A DNA stretch of 63,336 nucleotides, filler included, from Malacoraja senta (taxonomy: Eukaryota): assembly GCA_038087875.1 (NCBI GenBank). It is 3 parts of 3 records of this genome, joined end to end, with 100 filler letters (N's around TTAATTAATTAA, not from the genome) between each part and the next. Parts side by side here need not be neighbours in the genome. Positions count along the whole stretch, not along the records: positions 1 to 29,153 come from JAXLNO010005003.1; positions 29,254 to 60,924 come from JAXLNO010000763.1; 1 more part is not named here. One strand, given 5' to 3'. Positions 24,521 through 39,547 of this stretch are shown piece after piece (the first letter of the stretch is position 1; the number at the start of each line of letters is the position of its first letter). Made by a program: the position numbers and the translations under genes. The notes beneath the pieces are model-generated. The model did no database searches. It saw nothing but the letters and a program-made list of their open reading frames with translations, and was not told the origin of the DNA.

Positions 24521-25323
24521 TTTTCTCCAGAGATGGCAAAAACAGGAAAGCAGACTATTTTCTAAATGGTGGCCGACTAGGAAAAGGGGAGATGCTGCGA
24601 GACCTGGGTGTCATGGTACACCAGTCATTGAAAGTAGGCATGCAGGTGCAGCAGGCAGTGAAGAAAGCGAATGGTATGTTAGCTTTCATAGCAAAAGGAT
24701 TTGAGTATAGGAGCAGGGAGGTTCTACTGCAGTTGTACAGGGTCTTGGTGAGACCACACCTGGAGTATTGCGTACAGTTTTGGTCTCCAAATCTGAGGAA
24801 GGACATTATTGCCATAGAGGGAGTGCAGAGAAGGTTCACCAGACTGATTCCTGGGATGTCAGGACTGTCTTATGAAGAAAGACTGGATAGACTTGGTTTA
24901 TACTCTCTAGAATTTAGGAGATTGAGAGGGGATCTTATAGAAACTTACAAAATTCTTAGGGGGTTGGACAGGCTAGATGCAGGAAGATTGCTCCCGATGT
25001 TGGGGAAGTCCAGGACAAGGGGTCACAGCTTAAGGATAAGGGGGAAATCCTTTAAAACCGAGATGAGAAGAACTTTTTTCACACAGAGAGTGGTGAATCT
25101 CTGGAACTCTCTGCCACAGAGGGTAGTCGAGGCCAGTTCATTGGCTATATTTAAGAGGGAGCTAGATGTGGCCCTTGTGGCTAAAGGGATCAGAGGGTAT
25201 GGAGAGAAGGCAGGTATGGGATACTGAGTTGGATGATCAGCCATGATCATATTGAATGGCGGTGCAGGCTCGAAGGGCCGAATGGCCTACTCCTGCACCT
25301 AATTTCTATGTTTCTATGTTTCT
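24521..25323 (+). mobile_element. Young 5'-truncated CR1 LINE, present only in the left arm
   Basis: Uninterrupted CR1 ORF2 C-terminus (LVRPHLEYCVQFWSP, RGDLIETYKI, TRGHSL, FFTQRVVNLWNSLP) and (TTTCTATG)n tail. Flanked by ATGTTACC. The empty site is at ~45750. Confidence 0.93.
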
Positions 25324-27099
25324 ATGTTACCTGACCGCTGAGTTACTCCAGCATTTTGTGTCTATCTTTGGCGCTTTTCAACATATATAAATATGTTGTT
25401 TTGAATCACGGAGATCTGCAACATGGCAAAGGGACAATATCTGTTCTGTACAACTCTATGATCTATGGCACCATCACAGCCACAACTTAATTCATGAAAG
25501 AAGGTGAATTGAAAGTAGAAAGCTTTAACCCTATATAATCTAACATCTGTTTTGGGGAAAATGCTGGATTCCTTTCAGTAATGGCAGAACATTTAAGTAA
25601 TAACAAAACAATAAAGTGCATTAACAGGAAAATTGTAGAAAGAAAGAGATGCAGATACCGATTTATACAAAAGCTTTAGTTTAGTTTATTGTCACGAGTA
25701 CTGAGGTACAGTGAAAAGCATGTGTTACGTGCTAACCAGTCAGTGGAAAGAATATACATGATAGACACAAAATGCTGGAGTAACTGAGCGGAATAGGCAA
25801 CATCTCTGGCGAACATGGACTCAGTCAGAAGGATCGTGACCCGAAACATCACCTATTCCTTTTCTCCAGAGATGCTACCTGACCAGCTGAGTTATTCCAG
25901 CAATTTGTGTCCATCTTCGGTGTATACCAGCATTTGCAATTTCTCCCTACACATGGACAGGTGACATTTCATTTACGGACCCTTCTTCAAACTTTGTTTG
26001 AGAAATTGATTAGAATTCTTTGAAAATGCAACAGGAACCCGTAGACAATGTATATTTGAGCAGCAGTAGTTTGCAGGTGTGCACAGCCTAAAATTCAAAA
26101 ACAAAATGATGGAAAAGCAGAATAGGTAACAAAATTGGAATGAGAAACAAAAGAAATACAATATATTGTAGAGATCCAAGCGTCGTGAACAAATCAATGT
26201 TTTTTTTAAAGAAATACAGTTTTGGCCCACTCGCGTTTAGTAAGGACTTGAGCAAAGTTCCTGCCGTTGTTATCGGGCACACCAGTTGACTGGCGATTAA
26301 CTCATCACCAACTCCCACCAAAACCCTGTCACATGATAGTCCCAGCTCCCCTGACGAGGGTTCTAGCAATAAGTGGCCTGACCACCAGATGTCGCCACAA
26401 TATCTGGATTTTCATAAGATATCTGATCAAGTGATGCAAAGGCTTATGACATTGGGGGTAATAATTAGCATGAATGGAAAAACAATTAAGAGCAAACAGA
26501 GAGTTGGCTTAAAGGAGTGTTCAGGTTGGGAAACTGCAACTGCAGGATGGGAATCAATGCAAGAAAGTGAACTACTTATCGTTAGTATTAAGAGCAGATG
26601 AAGGGACTGGTGGCGCTGTAGCCTAGATTGCTGATGATACATAGATAGGTTGAAAATTATGTTCTGGAGTATGTCAACAGTCTTCAGAGTGAAATACCAG
26701 ATTCCTTAGTTGTGCATTGTTTGAGGGAATCTTCAAAAGTGAGCATTTGTGTAGGTTAGTGCGGCATACCTCGAATCAAACTACGATCGCTATTTGTCAG
26801 GCAGTTGTTTTTCGTTGCAGAAGCTGTGACTTGCTTCAGGGAACTTACTTCATTAGGTTTAGTTTTATTAATGTCAGATGTTTCAAGATACAGTGCAAAG
26901 GTTTGTTTTGTATGCTATCCAAACAAATTAGATAATACTATAGATAAATAAAAAACTCAAAAACAATAGATAGAGCAAAGAGGAGGATACAGAGTACAGA
27001 ATATAGTTCTCAGCGTTGTAACACATCAGTTCCATAGACAATGTTCAATGTTCAATGAGGTTGAGGTGAATCGGGCATTAAACCTACATTATGGAAGGA

Positions 27100-27600
27100 C
27101 CCTTCCGAAGCCTGTTAACAGGTGGAAAGGGGGTGTTCCTGAGCCTGGCAGTGCTTATTTTCAACTTTCAGTACCTGTTGCCTGATGGGAGCAGGAAGGA
27201 GGAATGTGAGAAAGGTGGGATAAGTCTCGTTTTCCAAGGCAACCTGGTGTAGATTGGGTCAATAGTGGGAAGTCTGGGCTGTGTGATGATCTTTAACTCT
27301 TTGTATATTCTTGCAGTCTTGGGCAGTGCAGTTCCCAAATCAAGATGTGATGCAACCCAACAACATGCTTTCTCTAGCAGCATCTATAGATGTTTGCTGG
27401 AGTAACCAGAGACATGATGAATATTCTCAGTCTCCTGAGGAAGTAGAGGTGTTGGTGTGCCTCCTTGGCTATGTGGCCAGTCCATGACCGAATATTGGAT
27501 AAATTCATGCCAAGGAACACGAAGCTCTCAATCATTTCCACTTCAGACTATTGATTCAGATTGGGGCATGTACTCCCCCAGTGCCTTGCTGTTCATCACA
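27100..27600 (-). mobile_element. Old Rex1-type LINE fragment (mirrored at ~43550-44100)
   Basis: LPTIDPIYT...HSSFLLPSGNRY resembles the Rex1 ORF C-terminus. Confidence 0.6.
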
Positions 27601-27845
27601 TCATGAGGAAAGATTCATTTTTTATTTAAACATACCTTTCATGGATATCAGTTCCACCACTGAGAATCCCAAATACTCCTTCCTTGTATATTAGTTATTT
27701 ATTTACTTACTTTTAATAAATTTTCTGTTGACAAAGTCTTCTGCTCATGTGGAGAGTGGGTGCTGATTACGTGATTACTTAGAGCAACACCACTAAACAA
27801 AGAAAGTTTAAGCATCTTGGAATATGGGATGTACTACATGGGATG

Positions 27846-28889
27846 TAGCAATGTCACAAAATTTTGAGATTTTAAAAATCAAGTCTGCAATTTATCCCAT
27901 CAGATAAAGCATAAAAAGAAGTTTAATTTGACACCTAATTCGCTTTCATATCTTCTGTATTAAAAAAGTTTGGCAATTTTCATACTTGGAAATTAGCATC
28001 TTGTTCCCTATTGCTTTTCCATTGACTTAACACAAAAGCTGTGATCAAGGACAGTCAAAAGCCCATAACTTTCTTAAAAATTAAGAGAACTTAATGAAAT
28101 TTTCAGTTATTATAGATGGAAGCATTCTGAAACAAATATGAAACAATCTTACTTGGATGACCTGAAATTAAAGCATATAATTAGTTAGTTAACCAATTGT
28201 AGCTAATTACAAAATTCAATTACTAGATCTAAATATCTATCCATTTCTTAAGAAAAAGTTAACATTTTTAAAAAGCCTAAGTGTCCAAATAACATTCACA
28301 CAAGAATTCACAATAAAACATTATTTTTAAATCTCAGTGTCATTAATTTATAGGCCAAATGGAAGGAATTTAGTGTTTAATTCCTGTAAATTAATGGCCA
28401 TTTAAATCATCTTGCGAGTGGGATTTTGTGGAACGCGCTGGTTTGTAACGCTGCGGTTGCACTGAATTAAACCCCAATATCGGCAGGAAAAATACTGCCG
28501 GTTGGTATACTTAAATAATCACATTTTCGCAACATGAAATTTTTATTAAAGGCATCCTAAGAAGCAAGTTTATATGAAAAAATAAATGGTGTACCTTGCC
28601 TTGTCCCGTGCGTGAAATCCGTCCCCGTTGTCGGCGTTTACGGCATTTGAAGATGATTTTAATTTTACTCCATCAATTAAATTATAAAGCGCTAATATTA
28701 ATAAACTTAATAAAACGGCAGTCGAAGCGATTTTTCTTCATCAACTATTTAGCCTGTTCAAGATCATTTAGAACAGGCTGCCGAAATATCGCATTTTAAA
28801 CCCGCCCCCCTCTCAAAAGCGCCAAAATCGCGCACACGGGCAGTGACAGAACTGCAGCGCCGCTGAAGGTAAGTTTTGTAACATACCTA
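27846..28889 (-). mobile_element. ~1.04-kb non-autonomous DNA transposon with TAG...CTA termini (left-arm copy)
   Basis: 16-bp imperfect TIRs TAGCAATGTCACAAAA / TAGGTATGTTACAAAA, flanked by GATG on both sides. Confidence 0.8.
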
Positions 28890-28964
28890 GATGTAGTCAC
28901 AATGATTAAAATGGAAACAACAGAAGATAATGATTATCTATGAAAGAATATTTAACGTTCTTAC

Positions 28965-29153
28965 CCCAGATGATGGTCTTCCCACCGGGCAGGCTGCTGT
29001 GATCGACATGACAGGAATACTGTTTCCAATCATATGGATCATACTCAAGGACAGACCTTAGATGATATGTTCCATCATTGTTGGGTACGACCCCAGAAGA
29101 TTTGGTCTCAGAGACATGTTGACCATTCTGCAACCAGCTGACTTTGATGGCCG
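28965..29153 (-). CDS. MHC class I-like gene, minus copy: alpha3 (Ig C1) exon, 5' part lost in the gap
   Basis: AIKVSWLQNGQHVSETKSSGVVPNNDGTYHLRSVLEYDPYDWKQYSCHVDHSSLPGGKTIIW, then a G|GTAAG donor. Confidence 0.9.
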
Positions 29154-29253
29154 NNNNNNNNNNNNNNNNNNNNNNNNNNNNNNNNNNNNNNNNNNNNTTA
29201 ATTAATTAANNNNNNNNNNNNNNNNNNNNNNNNNNNNNNNNNNNNNNNNNNNN
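29154..29253. other. Scaffold gap: 44 N + TTAATTAATTAA + 44 N
   Basis: Directly visible. The same spacer occurs at 60925-61024. Confidence 0.98.
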
Positions 29254-29329
29254 TTTAGCAAACTCAAGCTGATTAAGGGTCGACCAATGTCTCATGAAAC
29301 GTCTTGTGGATTTGCCAGGCTAAGTATTC

Positions 29330-29690
29330 AAAGTTAAGTCAGTTTTATTCATCACATACACCCGAAGGTGCAGTGAAGTGAATTTGCCAGCAGTGATACA
29401 TGTAAAAAGAACACACAATACACAATAAAATTGAACACAACATCCACTACAGCATTCTTCCTGTGGTGGAAGGCAACAAGTTTCAGCAAGTCCTCCATTG
29501 TTCACCCGTGTTCGGGGCCATAACCCCTCCGTAGTCGCCGCTAGGGACGGCCCGATGTACAAGGCCCTCTCGTCGGGATGATCCAAACTCTGACGTTGGG
29601 ACGGACAAACACACTCTGCGGCTTGGAGGTCCCGACTCGGCACTTTCCTACTGGAGACCGCAGCTTCAGGATGTTATAGGCCGCAGGCCA
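29330..29690 (-). mobile_element. Non-autonomous retroelement fragment related to 32120-32800 and 55341-56197
   Basis: Shares CCTTCCACCACAG..AATGCTGT.GTGGATGTT and an ...AATAAA plus microsatellite 3' end. Confidence 0.55.
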
Positions 29691-30144
29691 GCAGTTCTGC
29701 GGTTAAATATAAAAGGATGTTTCAATGTGAATTCTTTCTCCTTATCTGTATTGTAGCATAAACAAAGATGCATAAATCAAAGGTAGATAAAATGCTGGAG
29801 AAACTCAATGGGTGAGGCAGCATCTATAGAGTGAAGGAAAACAAATGTGCTTGCTGATCCTTTTATGTTATTTATATTTATTTATATTTATCATGGAGGG
29901 TGTATAGGGACATAAGGCCTCAAATGCAGAAAATCAACAGAGCGCCCCATCCCACCCCTCTCTCATCTTCCATACCCCTTTTTGCCGTGCAGGCTACAGC
30001 TCATGGCATAAAACTGTAGCATAGTGGATAAAAACAGGATGACTAATGGAGAAGGGAAGGGGGCCCAAAAGAAACTTTGTACCCACTGATAAAATTCCTG
30101 TGAGGCCCTGCGTATACACGCACAAACAGTGTGTGTTGTGAACC

Positions 30145-32022
<1,878 letters not shown>

Positions 32023-32119
32023 CTCTAAAGCTTAAAACTAAAGGGGCTAATAAAGGCCACAAAGTGGCTTTAGTGAGTCGGATTACAGAAAATCCCACAT
32101 CTTTTTCAAGGTTTCATGG

Positions 32120-32800
32120 TTAGTTTATTGTCACATATACCAATTAAGGTACATTGAAATGCAGACTACCATACACCATACTAAAAAAAGCAACAAGACA
32201 CACAATAACATAAAAGTTAACATAAACATCCACAACAGAGGAGCCCGCACGTTCCTCACTGTGATGGAAGGCAATAAAGTCCAATCTCCTTCCTCTTTAT
32301 CTCCTGCGGTCGGGGCAGTCAAACAATCTGCAGTCGGTGGTCGAAACCCCCATTGGGGAATCGAAACTCCCGCATCGGAGCGGTCGAAACTCCTGCGGCT
32401 TGGAGGTCCCGGATGTCGGTCTCGACCGAGGACCGCGGGCTCCGCGATGTTAAAGTCTTGCAGGCTCTCACAATTGGAGCCCTAAAGTCGATCCCCGACA
32501 GGGATTGCGAGCTCCATGATGGTAAGTCCACAGGCTCCTGCAATGGATCTCCTGGTCGATCTCTAGCAAAGGCCGCCATTCCTCAATGTTAGGCCGCATT
32601 GTGGACGGAGATACGATACAGAAAATATCGCATCAACGTCGAGGTAAGAGATTAGGAAAAGTTTCCCACAACTCCCCCACCCCCCCCCCCCCCACCAAAA
32701 CAAGCTAAAGAACACTAAAGAATATACATTTAACACGTACAAAACGGACACAAAGAAGGAAGGGACAGACATACTGTTGGCGAGGCAACCATTGCAGCAA
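32120..32800 (-). mobile_element. Non-autonomous retroelement (GC-rich body, Rex1-like GTGACAATAAA tail)
   Basis: Minus-strand 3' end ...ATATGTGACAATAAACTAACC and motif GCGGCCTAACAT shared with 55341-56197. Confidence 0.55.
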
Positions 32801-32899
32801 AAGGTGGATTGCTTAAGGATATAGAAGGGAATATGTGCTTGGAGTTTGTGGATATAGGCGAGGTTTGGTTTCACTAAGGAAGACATGTAGAATAGTAAG

Positions 32900-33590
32900 G
32901 ACCATTAATAGTAAGTACATCATGAAATCCTCCAACATTTTTGCCACCTCCAACGGGATCCCACGACTGGTCACATCTTCCCATCTCCACCCCTTTCTGC
33001 TTTCCGCAGAGACCGTTCCCTCCGAAACTCCCTGGTCAACTCGTCCCTTCACACCCAAACCACCCGCTCCCCGGATACTTTCCCCTGCAACCGCAGGAGA
33101 TGCAACACCTGTCCCTTTACGTCCCCCCTCGACTCTGTCCAAGGACCTAAAGTCATTCCAGGTGAGGCAGAAGTTCACTTGCACCTCTTCGAACCTCATC
33201 TACGGTATCCGCTGTTTCAGTTGTCAACTTCTCTACATCAGTGAGACCAAGCGCAGGCTCGGCGATCGTTTTGCTGAACACTTCCCCTCAGTCCGTCTTA
33301 CCCTACCCGATCTCCCGGTGGCTCAGCACTTCAACTCCCCCTCCCATTACCAATCTGACCTTTCTGTCCTGGGCCTCCTCCATTGTCAGAGTGAGGCCCA
33401 GCCCAAATTGGAGGAACAGCACCTCATATTTCGCTTGGGTAGTCTATACTCCAGCGGTATGAACATTGACCTCTATTACTTTCGATAGCCCTTGATTTCT
33501 CTCTCCATCCCCTCCCCCTTCCCAATTCTGCCACCAGTCTTACTGTCTCCGCCGACATTCTATCTTTGTCCCTCCCCTGACATTAGTGTG
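32900..33590 (+). mobile_element. Penelope-like element 3' fragment (GIY-YIG endonuclease)
   Basis: CTSSNLIYGIRC..CQLLYISETKRRLGDRFAEH...PVAQHFN...EEQHLIFRLG..GMNI. Confidence 0.88.
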
Positions 33591-33839
33591 AAGGGTCTCG
33601 ACCCAAAACGATGCCCATTCCTTCTCTCCAGGGATGCTGCCTGACCCGCTGAGTTACGCCAGCATTTTGTGTCTCTCTACGATTTTAACATCTGCAGCAT
33701 CTGCAGTTCTTTCTTACACATGGAGAATCAATGTGGAGAATGCTAACATGCAGGGACACTTTGAAGTTAAGCAAGAAGGAGATGTTGGATCACTTCAAGA
33801 GAAATGTGGATAAATCCCCAGGACAGAGGGGTGTAGTGG

Positions 33840-34270
33840 ATGATAATAATAATCGTTGAAAACATTAGTGCCGTGCTGGTTTCCGACGGGCACGGTGACG
33901 GACGCACCACACATCTCTGTCCTCCATGCAACTGGCAGGCGCCTCTTTTATCTCTACACATGCGTCTTCCATCAACGTCTTCAGCATCATCTTGATTGGC
34001 CGTCCTGGGTCAAGTCTTCCATGGGTGGGTTCCCACAGCACAACCTTGTTTGCTGGCATTTCTGGGTGGCGGAGCCAGTGACCTGCGAGCCTCATCCTTC
34101 TCAACGTGATCTTCTCGGTCAGAGGTGGATTCTCCCCATAGAGCTGGGCGTTAGTGATGTGGTTCCTCCATCTGACATTTTGAACTTTTCCGAGCATTCG
34201 GGTGTAGGTACCATCAAGAGACTAGGACAGTGCTGGAGTGAGAGTCCATGCCTCACACCCGTACAATAAT
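33840..34270 (-). mobile_element. RTE-clade LINE 3' fragment
   Basis: RRMRLAGHWLRHPEMPANKVVLWEPTHG...GRP...MEDRDVW, with an (ATT)n tail. Confidence 0.8.
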
Positions 34271-34455
34271 ATGGTCTCTACAGTTGTACGGAAGGCCAAA
34301 TATTCAAGCTGTAGTTCAGTGACAAGTAGAGTTCTGCAGGGATCTGTGCTGTGACCCTTGCTACTTGTGACATATATAAATGACTTGGACCCTGGTGTTC
34401 AGAAATTACCCAGTCATAACAATTAATCAAATAATGATTTTTATTTTTATTTCAG

Positions 34456-34731
34456 ATTATCACTACGTTCAAGGACAGTTTGGTTGTGAGGTGGACGATC
34501 ACAGTCCCACTGTAGGGATATTGAAGTTGGCTTTTGATGGAAGATATGCATTTAGTTTTGATAAGGACAAGCTAAAGTGGACGGTGCATGGTCCAATAGC
34601 TGAGCCCTTCAAAGAGAAATGGGACAAGAATGAAAAAATAAACCGTTATTTCAAGAGCTTGTTAGAACATGACTGTGTGGATCTATGGCTTACATACTAT
34701 GCAATTGGAAAGACATACCTGACCAGAAAAG
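34456..34731 (+). CDS. MHC class I-like gene, plus copy: alpha2 domain exon
   Basis: Polypyrimidine-CAG acceptor, G|GTGAGT donor, phase 1-1, 276 nt (same length as the HLA alpha2 exon). (D)YHYVQGQFGCEV...LAFDGRYAFSFDKDKLKW...FKEKWD...LLEHDCVDLWLTYYAIGKTYLTRK, with cysteines 63 aa apart as in C101-C164. Confidence 0.92.
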
Positions 34732-35049
34732 GTGAGTTCAGAACAAAGGATGTTGTTTTGTGATGGTAGGCAATGAGTAATATTTCACTCTTGAGGCAAT
34801 GAGTAATATTATATCTGAACCAATCATGACAGAGGGAAAGGTCATTCGGCCCATTGCTTCTATGCTAGTTTTCCATGCAATGTCGACAAACTGTTCCACA
34901 GTTCTCTCTCACAACTTGCACTCAGCTCCCTCGGATTCTCCTTGCATTCAGCTCCTCGACGGATAATTTGCAATATCCAACTAACTCACTGGCTCATCTT
35001 TGGTATATTGGACAAAACTGGAGCACATGGAGGAAGCCAACTGAGTCAT

Positions 35050-35400
35050 AAGGTCATAAGTAATGGCTGCAGCATTAGAACATTCGGCCCATCCAGTCGA
35101 CTTCGCCAGTCAATCATGGCTGATCTAATCTCTCCCTCCTAACCCCATTCTCCTGCCTTCTCCCCATAACCCCTGACGTGCATACTAATCAAGAATTAAA
35201 AATATCCATTGACGGACTCCACAGCCTTCTGTGGCAAATAATTCCACAGAATCACCACCCTCTGACAAAATAAATTCCTCCTCATCTCTTTCCTAAAGGA
35301 ATGTCCTTTAATATTGAGACTATGACCTCTCGTCGTAGACTCTCCCACCATTGGAGACATCCTCTCCACATCCACATCTATCCAAGCCTTTCACTATTTG
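35050..35400 (-). mobile_element. CR1 3' fragment
   Basis: Reverse complement of the CR1 3' UTR and the FFxQRVVNLWNSLP motif. Confidence 0.7.
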
Positions 35401-36660
35401 CTTAAAAAAAAAAATATTTTTATTAGAAGCATGTGCATATCATAATACAAACATTTCTTATATATCAATCCTACTTTGCTAATAGGTGGGAGTCCAGCTA
35501 TCAAATAATTGTGGTCCTCCTTTATCAATTGTATATTAAATCTGCTTCTATTTAGTTTTTTTTTTTTTTATAGATAGAAAGTGAGAAATTAAAAAAAAAG
35601 GCATGATAAAGAAGAATGGAATAATTTACCAATAATACAACTTTGGAGATAGGTCCGTAGGTTATAAAGCATAACTATTCATCTAATCCTGAGCTTGGAT
35701 TTCAGTCAGATTCCTGTGCTGAACCAATTTACCCTTTCAAAAAATCAATAAATGGAGACCATATTCTATTAAATAATTCAAGTTTGTCAATTAAGACAAG
35801 TCTAGTTCTTTCCAAATGTAAGGTCTCTGACATTTCCAAAATCCACATTTTAATTGTGGGGGTTATAGGACCTTTCCAAAATGTTTATATTAATTTTTTC
35901 CCAATTATTATACTATAATCAAGAAAGTTTCTTTGGTTTATTGTAAGTCTTAGGCTTTGTTCTGATATTCCTAATATTATTAGTTTTGAGTCGGGATCCA
36001 ATTGGTATTGACTACTTCAGAAATTATTCTGAAAATGTCCTTCCAGAAATTTTTGATTTTTATACAATTTACAAAGGTATGAGTTAAGTTAGCCTCTAAA
36101 TGCTGGCAATCTATGTAATACTTTAAATTGTATTAAGGCATGTCTGGCATTTAACGAGCATTGATGTATATATTGTAGACTTTCGTCCCAAATATCTTTC
36201 GTTATGGGTTGGCCTAATTCATTTTCCCATGTGTGTCTATATAAAATCCGTCGGCAGGACCTCACTATCTAAGAGGGTATTATAAATATGAGATATTAAT
36301 TTTTCTGTATTAGGATGTTTATTCAAACATTCATCAAAGATTTCTGGTTCCCTAGTTCTGTAATCTTATGTATTTGATTTAATGTAATCTTTAAGTTGTA
36401 AATATCTGAAAACGTTATTTGAGTGGAGTCCGTAAATCTGTTGTAACTCCTGAAATGAAAGAAAAGTGCCTTTCCTATAAAGATGTCCCATCTTTTTAAT
36501 TCCATAATTTTTCCATTGTGTAAAGCCTTTATCCAACATGGAAGGTTTGAATAAAGGGTTGTTTATAATGGGGAGACAGAGTGATAAATTATCCAATTTT
36601 AAAGTCTTTTTTAATTGTTTCCAAATTCGTATACCACTATAATAGAATTTTCACTATAGG
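35400..36660 (-). mobile_element. L1-type ORF2 3' fragment with 3' UTR
   Basis: NNPLFKPSMLDKGFTQWKNYGIKK...FRYLQLKDYIK and downstream C-terminal L1 motifs. Confidence 0.75.
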
Positions 36661-37330
36661 TTTTTTAATGCAATTTTGTGGGAGCAAACATAATTGAACC
36701 AATATCAAAAGGCAAACAGTCTTTCACTATTTTGTATGATTCAATGAGGTCCCCCCTTATTCTTCTAAACTCCAGCGAGTACAGGCCCACTGCCATCAAA
36801 TGGTCATCATATGTTAACCCATTCATTCCTGGGATCATTCTTGGACACCTCCTCTGGATCCTCTCCAGAGCCAGCACATCCTTCCTCAGATATGGTGCCC
36901 AAAATTGCTCACAATGCTCCAAATGTGGCTTGACTGGTGCCTTATAGAACCTCAGCATTACATCCCTGTTTGTAATTGATGTCTTTCATATTAGTTAACC
37001 ATGGATTTTCTTGACCACAGTTGACAGCCCCTAATGGGATTGCATGTCTATCACACATCTCAAAAGAGCACAGCGTTAAGCTTCGAAAGGGCAAAATTTA
37101 CACGAGATGTGCAGGTCAAGTGTTTTTTTGCACAGAGAGAGCTTGATACCTAGAATGCGCTACCAGGAGTGGTGGTAGAGGATGACATGATAATGGTGCT
37201 TAAGAAAGTTTTGGACAGGCTTGTGAATGTGCAGGGAATACAAGGATATGGATCACATGCAGGCAGTGGAGATTAGTTTTGGTTTAGTTTAGAGATAGAG
37301 TATGGAAACAACACCTTTGGGCCACTGAGT
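36660..37330. mobile_element. CR1 fragments (minus ~36660-36965, plus ~37070-37280)
   Basis: KPHLEHCEQFWAPYLRKDVLALERIQRR...RGDLIESYKI. Confidence 0.7.
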
Positions 37331-39547
37331 CTGCACTGACCAGCAATTGCCCATTCACTATTTCTGTCCTACAAGCTAGGGACAATTTACAGAAGCCAAT
37401 TAACCTGCATGTCTTTTGTATTTGGGAGGAAACCGGAGCCCCCAGAGAAAACCCACATGGTGACAGAGAGAACGTACAAACTCCGTCCAGACAGCACTCT
37501 AGTCAGGATCGAACCCGTGTCTCTAATGCTGTAAGACAGCCACTCTATCACTGTGCCTCTGTGTTGCCTCAGTTTAACTTGGTATCCTGTTCCACATGGA
37601 CATTGCAGGCTGAAAGTCCTGTTCTTGTACTGTTCTATGTTCTATATATTCTCATTGGACAGGGCAGGGATATGTTTTCCACTCCTCCAGCCTCCATGTT
37701 GAATACTTCCTCCCAGTTTAAATCTGATTCAATTAGTCAATCCATTTCTCCCTCCGCTCCTGCCCTGATCCCCATTCTATATTTTGAAGTAGTCATTCCC
37801 TTTTTCACTCCCTGGTCTGTCTACTATGCCCACAACTTTCCTCTACTTTCCTGTCTTGGTGCATGCAACATCTATCCATTTACCACTGTCCATAGACCCA
37901 GGTAGTTCTTCAAAGTGAAACAACGTGAAACACTTGGACTTCCAGTCAAATCTACTGCATTTGGTTTTCATGACGTAATCTTCCACATTGCATCAATGAA
38001 ACAAATAGAATGGCTGCTTTCTGGAGAACCTGCATTCAATCCATGGGACTTTCTAAGATTCCTAATTCCTGCCACTCTAATTCTCCATTCAACACCCACC
38101 ATCATCCATCCATCTGTACCTCTTACACTAGGATAACAAGGGTGAAAGTAACCTTGAGGACCAACAACTCAGCTTCTGTCTGGACATGTTGCAGCCTTTC
38201 AAACTCAATTCCACATTCAACGAGTTGCATTCCCTGTCGATAAACAAACTGGTCCTTTCAACTGTTAAGTTGAAGACAGAAAGAACAGATGCAAGAAGTA
38301 TGAAGCAGGATCCCAAGCTGAAAGATTACATAACCATGTCTTCCAGATGCTGCCTGAACCACTGAGTTACACCTGCACATTTTTGTGTTTTTTAAATTAC
38401 AGTAAAGTTATCCACCAGCAAAATCAGGACAGCCTGACCTACTTGACTACTGCAGTATGTGCTGCATTTTATATAACTCTGTTTAGTTTCATGCATGCAG
38501 AGATGCAGTGAAATGGTTTGGATGGAACAGCAGATGCTGGACACCCCGTCCCTTCTCTCCAGAGATGCTGCCTGTCCCGCTGAGTTACTCCAGCTTTTTG
38601 TGTCTATCTGCAGTGAAATGGTTGTTCTGCATTCTCTCCAGTCAAGTCATACTGTACATAAGTACAATTCGTCCTCTTCTGGAACAGCACGCAGAGATCC
38701 ACCACATTCCAGTACTATCTTGCAGCTTTCAAGTCTCTGAGAAGTCTGATTTTGCCCTAAGGAAATACGCAATTTGTAATTTTCTCATGTTAAGGCCCAG
38801 TGTCATAACAGCACTGGATTGATGAAGTAGAGGCGCCTGCCTCAGTTTAAGTTTTTCTGTTTCAAGATTGTGATCAAACCCTCATCACTGAACTGTGTCG
38901 CAGTGCCACCCCATTATGTATCAGTCCCAATTATCTTTCAACATGCTGGAATCACTTGTTCTTTATCCTTTTTAGACTTTTTTCATGAATTGTTCAGCAT
39001 AAACAGTTATGCTACAACAAAGTTAAGCGCAGCTACCACTTTGTTCCAGAGACGTAACAACACAAGAGATAGTGTTGGAAGAATGATCAAACTCACACAT
39101 AGTGGTTATTAGTAACATTGCAGAGGAAACACAAGGTGCTTTCTTCTCAGCATGCTTACTACCAGTCTACCAGAGAGAGAGAGAGAGAGAGAGAGGGCTG
39201 TCTAATAAGCCTGTGGGCGGAGCCACAGTATGAGTGACACTAATCTACAGATAGGCACAGGGATAAGTTTCGGATTATTATTGTCACGTTTAGTTTCGAG
39301 GTACAGCATGGAAATAGGCCTTTTGGCCCACTGAACCTGTGCTGACTAACGACCACCCAAATATTAGTTCTATCCTACACACTAGGGACAATTTACAGAA
39401 GCCAAAAAACTTACAAACCTGCACGTCTTTGAATGTGATGGAACTGTAGCACCCGGAGATAACTCACATGGTCACAGAGAGAATATATGAACTCTATATA
39501 GACAGCACCCATTGTCAGGATTGAACTTTGGTCTGTGGTACTGTAAG

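Larger units (their letters stand above)
16232..29153 (-). repeat. Left arm of a ~13-kb inverted segmental duplication
   Basis: Reverse complement of 41963-55336 across unique, SINE, MITE, L1 and exon sequence. In the alpha3 overlap there are 7 differences in 189 nt. Confidence 0.95.
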
